Shown: positions 9,643 through 18,055, counted from the first letter of the whole stretch. The stretch: DNA of 61,763 bases, filler included, from 9 parts of 9 records of this genome joined end to end with filler, not necessarily neighbours in it, one strand, 5' to 3'. Notes: a model not told the origin generated them from the sequence alone. Program-made: numbers and translations.

Positions 9643-11685
9643 ATGAATCACCCCACTCCGAAAAAGCTTGCAAAAATTTTAGAAGCCCACGGACACCAAC
9701 GTACAGACAATTATTTCTGGATGAACGACAGGGAAAATCCTGAAGTTATTAGTCATCTTAATGCTGAAAATGAGTATTTAGATCACGTTTTGGCTGAAAC
9801 AAGAGCTGACCAAGAATTACTGTTCGCAGAAATGAAAGATCGAATTAAAGAGGATGATTCGTCTGTACCTTATTTTAAAAATGGCTATTGGTATTATTCT
9901 CGCTATGAGGAGGGAAAAGAATATCCGATTCACTGCAGAAAAAAAACGTCTCTTGATCATGAAGAAGAAATTCTAATTGATGAGAATGTTGAAGCTAAAA
10001 ATCACCCGTATTATGATGTAGTAGCTTTTTCAATAAGCAGAAACAATGAAATCATGGCTTTTGCCGAGGATATTACGGGAAGAAGGATGTATCAGATTAG
10101 ATTTAAAAATCTTGTCACTGGCCAAATCATATCAAAAACATTGACCAATTGCGGATCGGATATTGCATGGCACAATGATAATAAACGCATTTATCATTCC
10201 ATAAAAGATACCGAAACTTTAAGACCTTTTAAGGTTTTGTCATTTGATATTGAAGCCGAACAAAGTGCCGAAATATTTGAAGAAAAAGACGACACCTTTA
10301 TTTGTGGCGTTTCTATCTCTAAGGATTTTGGGTACATCACAATTGGGTCTTACAGTACACAAACAACCGAGCATCAAATTAAATCTGCAAATGACGATTC
10401 TGCCTTTGAAGTATTTTTGCCCAGACAAAGAGATCATGAATACTATATTGAAGTCTTAGAAGAGCAAGTTTATATCAAATCGAATTTAAAAGCTGAAAAT
10501 TATAAGCTTGTTCAAACTACTTTAGATAAAAAAGAACCTGAACACTGGCGAGAAATTCAAGCCCATTCAGAAACGATTCTTTTAGAGGATTTTGAAGTAT
10601 TTAAAGACTTCATTGTGGTTCAAGAAAAAGAAAACGGCCTGAGCAGATTAAGAGTGTATAATTTGGCCAAAGGTGAAAATAAAATCATGCCACCGTTTGA
10701 AGAAACTTACACTTTGTATTTAGGGACTAATCCTGAGTTGGATGCACTTAACGTGCGCATAGGATACAGTTCAATGACCACACCTCATTCGGTTTATGAC
10801 ATCAATATTTTAACTTTTGAAAAAGAACTTAAAAAACAGCAAGAAGTTTTGGGTGGATTTGATGCCTCAAACTATCAATCTGAACGGCAATGGGCGAAGG
10901 CAGATGATGGAATTTTGGTGCCGATTTCAATTGTTTACCGCAAAGATCATTTCAAGAAGGATGGATCTAATCCTATACTAATGTATGCTTACGGATCCTA
11001 TGGATCAACTGTTGACCCTTATTTTTCATCAGCCAGATTATCCTTATTGAATAGAGGTTTTGTTTTTGCCTTGGCGCATATCAGAGGCGGCGAATATTTA
11101 GGGAGAAAATGGTATGAGAACGGAAAGCTGTTAAAGAAAAAAAATACCTTCACTGATTTTATCAATTGTGCAGAATTCTTGATTCAATCTGGCTATTGCC
11201 ATAAAGATCGCGTACACGCTATGGGCGGATCTGCGGGCGGATTACTTATGGGGGCCATTTCTAATATGCGACCTGAATTATGGAAAGGCATAGTTTCTGC
11301 TGTACCTTTTGTAGATGTTGTTTCAACCATGCTTGATGATAGCATTCCGCTAACCACAGGCGAATATGACGAGTGGGGAAACCCAAACGACAAAACATAT
11401 TATGATTATATGCTTTCTTATTCGCCTTATGATAATATTGAAGTAAAAGATTATCCAGCCATGCTCGTCACAAGTGGTTTACATGATTCTCAGGTGCAAT
11501 ACTGGGAACCAACAAAATACGTAGCCAAATTGAGAGAATTGAAAACTGATTCGAATCCCGTTTTGTTAAAAACGAATATGGAAGCGGGCCATGGAGGAGC
11601 AAGTGGGCGATTTGAAGCATTAAAAGAAGTAGCTTTGGAGTATGCTTTTATTTTTTGGCTAGAAAAAATGACGCCTTTAAAATGA
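9643..11685 (+). CDS. ptrB: Oligopeptidase B (S9A serine peptidase)
   Basis: GGSAGG nucleophile motif, VPFVDV, EYDEWGNP, HDSQVQYWEP and AGHGG. Confidence 0.93.
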   Translation: MNHPTPKKLAKILEAHGHQRTDNYFWMNDRENPEVISHLNAENEYLDHVLAETRADQELLFAEMKDRIKEDDSSVPYFKNGYWYYSRYEEGKEYPIHCRKKTSLDHEEEILIDENVEAKNHPYYDVVAFSISRNNEIMAFAEDITGRRMYQIRFKNLVTGQIISKTLTNCGSDIAWHNDNKRIYHSIKDTETLRPFKVLSFDIEAEQSAEIFEEKDDTFICGVSISKDFGYITIGSYSTQTTEHQIKSANDDSAFEVFLPRQRDHEYYIEVLEEQVYIKSNLKAENYKLVQTTLDKKEPEHWREIQAHSETILLEDFEVFKDFIVVQEKENGLSRLRVYNLAKGENKIMPPFEETYTLYLGTNPELDALNVRIGYSSMTTPHSVYDINILTFEKELKKQQEVLGGFDASNYQSERQWAKADDGILVPISIVYRKDHFKKDGSNPILMYAYGSYGSTVDPYFSSARLSLLNRGFVFALAHIRGGEYLGRKWYENGKLLKKKNTFTDFINCAEFLIQSGYCHKDRVHAMGGSAGGLLMGAISNMRPELWKGIVSAVPFVDVVSTMLDDSIPLTTGEYDEWGNPNDKTYYDYMLSYSPYDNIEVKDYPAMLVTSGLHDSQVQYWEPTKYVAKLRELKTDSNPVLLKTNMEAGHGGASGRFEALKEVALEYAFIFWLEKMTPLK

Positions 11686-11727
11686 TTCTTATGATAAATT
11701 ACTTAAAGAACCGATTAGTTTTTAAGC

Positions 11728-11750
11728 GCCATGCTGAGCTTGTCGAAGTA
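11728..11750. repeat. Bacteroidota REP-like element
   Basis: gccatgctgagcttgtcgaagta resembles the common flavobacterial intergenic (GT)CATGCTGAGCTTGTCGAAG repeat. Confidence 0.55.
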
Positions 11751-11810
11751 AAGCTTAAAAAACTATCACTCAACTTTTCTGTTGAACTGAGACGGATACA
11801 GCCTGTCGAA

Positions 11811-12332
11811 ATGCTGTCGAAATTCTTATTATTAGTTACTCTGGTTTTAACAACTTCGGGCTTCTCTCAAGACAGTTACGAAAGTGACAAGTATAATCTT
11901 AAAGTTACTTTTCCAAACTTCTATGAGGAAGAGGAATCTGATAAAGAGGGACGTCATGTCGTTTCATTGAGCAGTACTTATAATGATATGATACTACTTG
12001 CGAGCTTGTTTATTTACAATGAGAATATCCCAGAAGATGAATACAACTTAAAAGAGATTGAGGCCTTGTTAATCACCGCTGATGCCTTCAATTCAAAATT
12101 CAAAGTAAAGAAAATCAAGAGATGGAAAGTTGGTCAATATGAAGGATTAAGAAATCCAATTAAAGGCAAAGTAAAAACCGATAATGGCTCTACAATCTCC
12201 TTTTATGGATGCATGTATGTGTTGATTTATGATGACAATAAAGAATTGCGGTTGACTATTTTATCTCAAAACAAAAAAAGTTATTTGGAGGATATTGAGA
12301 AGGCCTTTGCAGGGTCTGTTGTGGTGGAATAG
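11811..12332 (+). CDS. Hypothetical exported protein
   Basis: Signal peptide MLSKFLLLVTLVLTTSGFSQ begins at the ATG at 11811; the upstream ORF extension runs through intergenic/REP DNA. Confidence 0.65.
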   Translation: MLSKFLLLVTLVLTTSGFSQDSYESDKYNLKVTFPNFYEEEESDKEGRHVVSLSSTYNDMILLASLFIYNENIPEDEYNLKEIEALLITADAFNSKFKVKKIKRWKVGQYEGLRNPIKGKVKTDNGSTISFYGCMYVLIYDDNKELRLTILSQNKKSYLEDIEKAFAGSVVVE

Positions 12333-12535
12333 GTTGATTCTCGTTTCTCGATTATTGATTTTCGGGTGTAAACAAGCTTCAAATTGCATAAATTCTTCTC
12401 AGCTCTTTCAGAAGCTGATTGTTGAGTAATCAAAANNNNNNNNNNNNNNNNNNNNNNNNNNNNNNNNNNNNNNNNNNNNTTAATTAATTAANNNNNNNNN
12501 NNNNNNNNNNNNNNNNNNNNNNNNNNNNNNNNNNN

Positions 12536-12565
12536 CCTCTGATTAACAGTCAGATGCTCTAACCA
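12536..12565 (-). tRNA. tRNA-Asn(GTT) fragment (D-loop to anticodon arm), att-site copy
   Basis: Reverse complement TGGTTAGAGCA-TCTGA-CTGTTAA-TCAGA-GG. The sequence diverges from tRNA beyond 12565, so this is the displaced att fragment rather than a full gene. Confidence 0.85.
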
Positions 12566-12610
12566 CTCAACTAACTGAATGACATATACTTAGTAAACTA
12601 ATAATTAATA

Positions 12611-12631
12611 GTCTGTCAAAAGTATGTCAAA
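12611..12631 (+). promoter_or_regulatory. Putative integrase arm-type sites (left)
   Basis: GTCTGTCAAA (12611-12620) and GTATGTCAAA (12622-12631), 11-bp period; same motif as at 22943-22973. Confidence 0.7.
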
Positions 12632-13682
12632 AAAAACAGTAAAGTACCCTAAAATTAAGTCTGATAATAAGCAGAGATACTATGTATTATTCTACAGTAA
12701 TGAGAAAAGATATAGAATATACAATGGTTCTAAAATCAATTCTAACTTATACCCTAACTCACATCCTATAAATCAAAGATATGAGATAGCTAAATTGTTA
12801 TGTGCTGAGGTATATAAGCACTTACTAAATGGCTTAGGTGTTGATGAACCTAAAAAAGTATTATACGGTTCAGATAAGAAATATTTACAACAAGCATTAA
12901 ATAACAAACTTAAAGGAGATTACTCATCCAAGTATAAAGCTATGTTGCAATGGACTTATAACAGATTTGTCAAGTACATAGAGAATGATAAAATAAGCTC
13001 TAATAACGTTAATAATTTCCTTAACCAATACACTAAAGGCTCATCCTATAACACTCTAAGAAGGCATCTAAACGCTCTTATTAATGAAGCTAAATCATTG
13101 GGTATGGATAGCAATCCAATGAAGGATATAAAAGCCAAGAAATCTAAGGCTAAACTACACAAACCATATAGAGATGTAAGTATAGTGTTAGACGATATTA
13201 GAAAATATAATGATAACTTATATCTGTGTTCATTAATTACCTATGGTTGCTTATTAAGACCTCATAGAGAGATTAGAGAGTTAACTTGGTCTGACTTCAA
13301 TAGTGACCTAACACAAATTAATTTAAGTGGAGATAGGAATAAAAGTGGTAGGAATAGAATTGTACCAATACCAAAATATGTGTCAGAATTATTGAATAAA
13401 GGCGAACCTAATCATAATATATTTACTAATACTACCACACCACCTAATAAAGACTATTTTAAGACCTTATGGAGTAGGTATAAGAAGATATCAAATTGCC
13501 TAGAGGATAATCAAACCTTGTACTCATTTAGGCATACAGGAGCAATAAAAGTTTTTAATAATACCAAGGATATAACTAAGCTACAAAAAGCTATGGGTCA
13601 CGCATCTATTAACGTATCTTTGACCTACTTGAGAGGATTAGAAGTAACTGAATTAGAAGTATCAGATATGCCAACATTATAG
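12624..13682 (+). CDS. Tyrosine recombinase/integrase
   Basis: Catalytic residues in order: R (CLLRPHRE), K (RNKSG), YSFRHT, MGH and Y (SLTYLR); basic beta-rich N-terminus; adjacent to the att site. Confidence 0.93.
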   Translation: MSKKTVKYPKIKSDNKQRYYVLFYSNEKRYRIYNGSKINSNLYPNSHPINQRYEIAKLLCAEVYKHLLNGLGVDEPKKVLYGSDKKYLQQALNNKLKGDYSSKYKAMLQWTYNRFVKYIENDKISSNNVNNFLNQYTKGSSYNTLRRHLNALINEAKSLGMDSNPMKDIKAKKSKAKLHKPYRDVSIVLDDIRKYNDNLYLCSLITYGCLLRPHREIRELTWSDFNSDLTQINLSGDRNKSGRNRIVPIPKYVSELLNKGEPNHNIFTNTTTPPNKDYFKTLWSRYKKISNCLEDNQTLYSFRHTGAIKVFNNTKDITKLQKAMGHASINVSLTYLRGLEVTELEVSDMPTL

Positions 13683-13728
13683 ACATTCTAACAAATGCTT
13701 ATAAGGTATTTACTGAAGCTAAAAATAT

Positions 13729-14094
13729 ATGATAGACAAACTGAAAGAAATTATAGACAATCATAACAGACCTTTCAAACATCTTAGGGAGAAATATGAT
13801 GCTAAACTAATACAGTCAATCAGAGAGCATCTGAAGGCTGAATATTCTGAGAGTGTAGATATTAATCAGATAACTATAAATAAGAATAACAAACTCGGTA
13901 AACATAAACACCCAAGACAAACTCAGATAAGCTACGGGTATGTATTTGGAGATTTTGAAGGTGGAGAGCTTGTTACTGAAAAAAGGGTTATAGCTCTTAA
14001 AAACAAGTGGTTTAGTTTTGATGGCACAAAAGAACATTATGTAAAAGATTTTACAGGTAATAGATATAGTATAATAGCCTACAATCGTAAATAA
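13729..14094 (+). CDS. Small 2OG-Fe(II) oxygenase-like (double-stranded beta-helix) protein
   Basis: ITINKN...HKH...FGDFEGGEL...FDG...EH...F-x-G-x-RYSIIAY matches the 2OG oxygenase pattern, with HxH in place of HxD. Confidence 0.7.
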   Translation: MIDKLKEIIDNHNRPFKHLREKYDAKLIQSIREHLKAEYSESVDINQITINKNNKLGKHKHPRQTQISYGYVFGDFEGGELVTEKRVIALKNKWFSFDGTKEHYVKDFTGNRYSIIAYNRK

Positions 14095-14539
14095 AATTAA
14101 TATTCAGTTAACTGATTTTGCTTGAAATCTCAAGAATAGACATCTAATCTCGAGATAAAGAGGATTTACGCCCAAACCCATTTTCTACATAGTTTCTGAA
14201 TCCACTAAGCGACCTCATCCTAAAAGAGTTTCAAATGTTAAATATGTATATATATTCCTACACAGATTGCCCTACTCAGATTATCATATTCTCAGTAATT
14301 AACAAATTTTAACATAAATACTGCAATTTAGACTATTACTCCTACCCTTCTATCACTGATTATCAGATAGTTAACCCTTCTATTTTACATAATAAAAGTT
14401 ATAGTACAAGTAATTTTAGCTGATTTACAGGCTATTTGTTGACAAGTCTCTCTAACTCTTCCCTATATACTCTTAAATTTTGTTGACTTATATCTAACTT
14501 AGTTAGTAATGGTAAGCTATGGAGATACATTTCAGAACG

Positions 14540-14580
14540 AAAATAAAACGGAAAATATTCAATGTTGTTATATTAATGTA
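14540..14580 (+). promoter_or_regulatory. Element-specific bipartite promoter-like motif, copy 1
   Basis: AAAATAAAACG-N14-TTGTTATATTAATGTA; same spacing and near-identical boxes at 17785-17825. Confidence 0.65.
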
Positions 14581-14748
14581 GGCACAGTAGTTTGATTGCT
14601 TTTGATATGGCAATACAATTATCAGTGTTATATATAGAAAGTATGAAGGAAAGCATACTGAGAGAAAAACATTATAAGGGGTTATTTTAATTAGGTCTTG
14701 ACTTTCCACTTGGAGACTTAGTTATCATAACCCTAATTTATTTTTAAT

Positions 14749-14877
14749 ATGGAAAGATTAAACAAACTTGGAGCAAGTATAAAATCAGACAGATTCAAAG
14801 ACTACTTATTATCTGTAGTAGTATCGGGTTCAATCAGCCTTAACGTTCACTTAGTATTAAACATCTTATTTAACTAA
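14749..14877 (+). CDS. Small putative membrane protein, 42 aa (not in ORF track)
   Basis: MERLNKLGASIKSDRFKDYLLSVVVSGSISLNVHLVLNILFN*; hydrophobic C-terminal half; ends 2 nt before the ATG of the 854-aa gene. Confidence 0.5.
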   Translation: MERLNKLGASIKSDRFKDYLLSVVVSGSISLNVHLVLNILFN

Positions 14878-14879
14878 TT

Positions 14880-17444
14880 ATGGAAACCCAAATTACCATA
14901 GAAGAGATTTATAAGAGCCTACCTGTTATGACTGAGGATGAAGTAGATAGTATTTTTGAAGAGATACTTAATAGCCTACCTACTATAACTGATGACGAAG
15001 TGGAGAGAATACTACAAGAGGTATCTCCTTTGGATTGGTGGTACACATCTACAGGAACAGAAACTCAAACAATAGTATATAATACAAAATACCTTCCATC
15101 TGATTTAGTAGATGAATGCTTTGTTGAAGGAGAACATACTTTTGTAAATAAGAGTTATACAGGTAATGGATTTACTTATGGCACACTAAATAGCACCTCA
15201 GCAGAAGGAATAACTGTTATAGTAGCTCCTAATCAAGAGGTAGTTAAATCTAAAGAAGCATCTGACAAATCAAACAATGATAATACTACTACTGCGTATA
15301 TCTATGAGAAGTGCGAGGATGTTTTAGACTTAGAAAGGAATAAGACAGTCTTTATCGTTGCAGATAGTTTTATACATCACTTAGATGCGTTTTTAAGGTG
15401 GTCTGACAATATAGAGAGAATCCTTATTGATGAAGCTCATCAGATAGCTATTCAAGGCTCATTCAGACCGAATCTACGAGGGTTTACTGATTTAGTAGTA
15501 GATAGCTTTCCTAAACAGGCTAAGGTGTCTGTAACTGCTACTCCAATGTTGTTTCAGAAGGTAGATATAGAGCTTGTTAGAGAGGTTAAAAAAGAGCTTA
15601 CTGATATTCTTATCACACCTAATCAAGAGAGGTCTTTAGAGCGTCTTAAAATGCGTCTAAATGAGGGTAAGCAAGTGGTGTTAGCTACTCAAGATGTAAG
15701 AATCATTAAGAGACTTATAGCAAAGGGAGAGTTAAGGGCTAATTTCAAGGTAGGTACTAATCTTATGAGAACTGTAGTTGAGTTCTTTCCAAGTGTGAAG
15801 ATGGATGCTGAAAGTAACTTAACGATAATCAGTTCAAGAGGTTTTGAGGGATTTGATATTGAGGGAGTTCAAGATGTATTCATATTTGAAGATAGAGCTA
15901 AGGAGTTCACTACATTCTTTCCTCAGAATACTATTCAGATAATTGGTAGAGCTAGAGAGGGTGTTAACTATGTGGAATGGTGCTATCTCAACAATTCAAA
16001 CAGAAGGAAAATGCCTAACAAGGAATCACTACAGAAACAAGCTGAATCTGATAGAATCTCTTTTGATAAGAAGATGACTGATAAGAATTATGTAGATGTA
16101 AAGAGGTACTATAAAGCTGAGTTAAATTCTGAAAATGGATTGATTAACAACTTAGTGTTTAATGAGGACTTATTTAACCTAGATAATGAGAAAGCTGAAT
16201 GTGATTTCAAGGGCATTAAAGAGCAGTATGAATCATATTTCAATAAGAGAGATTTCAACCTTATATTTTTAGATGAAGAGCGTTACTGTTTTAGTGTGAA
16301 AGGTATTAAGCCAAGTGCTAAGAAGATGTTTCAAAATGTTAAGACAAATAAGGCTATTGTAGAGGATTTAGGGTTAATGGATAATATAACTCCCGATTAC
16401 TATCATAAAGAGAATCTAGAGCAGTATTTAGCGTCTTATAGAACGTATATAAGAAGGAAGTTTTGGGATGCTCCTATAATGGTATTTGGTTCTGTAGGCA
16501 AAGAGCTGATAATAGATAGCTATGCAGTAAATGAGAGAGCTATAAGAAACGCTTGGATGTGTGAAGAGATACTAAGCAAAGAGGATTTTATAGACAAATT
16601 TGTTGCAGATGTTCTAAAGGATAAGAAAAGACAGAAACAAGATGAATTAGGTAGGAAGTCTAAAGATTATAAAGAATGGCTTGAAGAGTATTCTGTTAAT
16701 ATCAAAGACAGGTTTATCAGATTGCTTATTGCGTTATCAGATACAGAATATAACATAGTAGAGAAAAATAGAAATCATAGAGATTATAATATACTTGTTG
16801 AAGTATCTATGGACTTAATAGAAGATGTATCGATGGGTTTTTATGATACTGTGGTAACTGAGATTGATATTAGGAATGCTAATCCAAGAATCATTCACGC
16901 TCTACTTAATAAGAAGCTCTCTGATGGGTTTTATGGAGAGGAAGGCTCTAAGGAGAGATTAGCTAATAAAAGGAAGATTAACAAGCTCCTAAATAGCTTA
17001 TCTAAGGAACAGGCTCTTCAGTATGTAAAGGATGATTCTAAGGCACTAAAAGAAAAGAAGAGTAAACTAAAATCGCAGTTAAAAGGTGTTGGATTCTGTG
17101 ATGAGATTGCAGACTATTTAATTAATGAATATTGGGATAAGCATAAGGATGCTTTGTTTAACGTTTGCACATTCCACGAGAAGAATATTATCGATGATTT
17201 AATGAGACAGTTGCGATGGGATTCTGATTTGTTTGGTGCTGATAAAAGAATGGTAAGAAGGCACGATTCAATCATTGTATTTGGGAGCTATGGTGGAGGG
17301 TTTAATAGAACGGTTGAGAACTTTGAATATTTAGGTCAAAAAGGATGGTTTAAAAGGTTGCCGAAAAGTGCCAAAAACGTAAAAGTGGTAGATTTGAGCA
17401 ACCAATCAATCTCAGTAATAGCAAGGGATGAAGTGCCATTTTAA
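14880..17444 (+). CDS. SF2 (DEAH) helicase fused to a family-A/TV-Pol-like DNA polymerase domain; putative replication protein
   Basis: Helicase motifs: I-like SYTGNGFT, Ia IVAPN, II LIDEAH, III VTATP, V SRGFEGFDI, VI QIIGRAR. Polymerase motifs: A EIDIRNANPRII (D663), B-like RLANKRKINKLLN, and C RRHDSIIV (D796). Confidence 0.75.
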   Translation: METQITIEEIYKSLPVMTEDEVDSIFEEILNSLPTITDDEVERILQEVSPLDWWYTSTGTETQTIVYNTKYLPSDLVDECFVEGEHTFVNKSYTGNGFTYGTLNSTSAEGITVIVAPNQEVVKSKEASDKSNNDNTTTAYIYEKCEDVLDLERNKTVFIVADSFIHHLDAFLRWSDNIERILIDEAHQIAIQGSFRPNLRGFTDLVVDSFPKQAKVSVTATPMLFQKVDIELVREVKKELTDILITPNQERSLERLKMRLNEGKQVVLATQDVRIIKRLIAKGELRANFKVGTNLMRTVVEFFPSVKMDAESNLTIISSRGFEGFDIEGVQDVFIFEDRAKEFTTFFPQNTIQIIGRAREGVNYVEWCYLNNSNRRKMPNKESLQKQAESDRISFDKKMTDKNYVDVKRYYKAELNSENGLINNLVFNEDLFNLDNEKAECDFKGIKEQYESYFNKRDFNLIFLDEERYCFSVKGIKPSAKKMFQNVKTNKAIVEDLGLMDNITPDYYHKENLEQYLASYRTYIRRKFWDAPIMVFGSVGKELIIDSYAVNERAIRNAWMCEEILSKEDFIDKFVADVLKDKKRQKQDELGRKSKDYKEWLEEYSVNIKDRFIRLLIALSDTEYNIVEKNRNHRDYNILVEVSMDLIEDVSMGFYDTVVTEIDIRNANPRIIHALLNKKLSDGFYGEEGSKERLANKRKINKLLNSLSKEQALQYVKDDSKALKEKKSKLKSQLKGVGFCDEIADYLINEYWDKHKDALFNVCTFHEKNIIDDLMRQLRWDSDLFGADKRMVRRHDSIIVFGSYGGGFNRTVENFEYLGQKGWFKRLPKSAKNVKVVDLSNQSISVIARDEVPF

Positions 17445-17487
17445 GTATGGTTTTAGTATATAAGTAATAATAATAAAAAGTAAGTAA

Positions 17488-17724
17488 ATGAAGTTAAGAT
17501 TCGGAAAGTTTAAAGGAGAGTTATTAGAGAGTACACCACAGTGGTATCAGCAATGGTTAACTCGTCAAGATTGGTTCAAGCCATTTGATGAGTACGCACT
17601 CGGATTGAGCAGTCTCCACAGTAACCTAATCAGTAAAAAGAAGGCATATGGTAGAGGGAGCTACATATACATCTCAGAAGGTCTCTATTTAACTCCTGAT
17701 GGGGATATGGTAGAGCTAGATTAA
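17488..17724 (+). CDS. Small protein with FGKxKG...PxxYxxW domain (DUF3820/exonuclease X C-terminal-like)
   Basis: MKLRFGKFKGELLESTPQWYQQWL. Confidence 0.7.
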   Translation: MKLRFGKFKGELLESTPQWYQQWLTRQDWFKPFDEYALGLSSLHSNLISKKKAYGRGSYIYISEGLYLTPDGDMVELD

Positions 17725-17784
17725 ATAAGATTATTAATGATTCTTTCTAAGGTGTGGTAATACATTGCAGAATATAGCTGAAGC

Positions 17785-17825
17785 AAAATAAAACGCCTAG
17801 ATACCTATATTGTTATACTAATGTA
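17785..17825 (+). promoter_or_regulatory. Element-specific bipartite promoter-like motif, copy 2
   Basis: AAAATAAAACG-N14-TTGTTATACTAATGTA upstream of the 17879-19314 gene run. Confidence 0.65.
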
Positions 17826-17878
17826 AGGAATTGTAATTGCAATGGCTTTACTAAATAAAAACATAAAAATTAATAGAT

Positions 17879-18055
17879 ATGGGAATGTTAGAAACAAGAT
17901 TAAGAGACCAAGTTAGAGAGAAAAAGATACAAGCTCTTATAAAGAGATTTAGGGATGCTTTAACCGATGAAAAAACGATTGAATTGACTAAGCAGAGAAA
18001 GAGAGGTAGGAATAATATTCATATCACGTTTACAGACATTAAAAAAGAAGATTAA
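17879..18055 (+). CDS. Small basic hypothetical protein, 58 aa (not in ORF track)
   Basis: MGMLETRLRDQVREKKIQALIKRFRDALTDEKTIELTKQRKRGRNNIHITFTDIKKED*; A-rich upstream region; fills the gap after promoter copy 2. Confidence 0.6.
   Translation: MGMLETRLRDQVREKKIQALIKRFRDALTDEKTIELTKQRKRGRNNIHITFTDIKKED

Noticed and set aside
11655-11810. N-terminal extension of the 225-aa ORF
   Set aside because: Overlaps the ptrB end and a REP-like repeat; the signal peptide starts at 11811.
14503-14709. 68-aa minus-strand ORF in the element's non-coding region
   Set aside because: Overlaps the plus-strand promoter motif and hairpin, is opposite to flanking genes and has non-protein-like composition.
14880-17444. 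Type I/III restriction helicase or reverse transcriptase
   Set aside because: No methylase partner and no YxDD RT motif; the C-terminal motifs fit Pol A-type A/B/C better.
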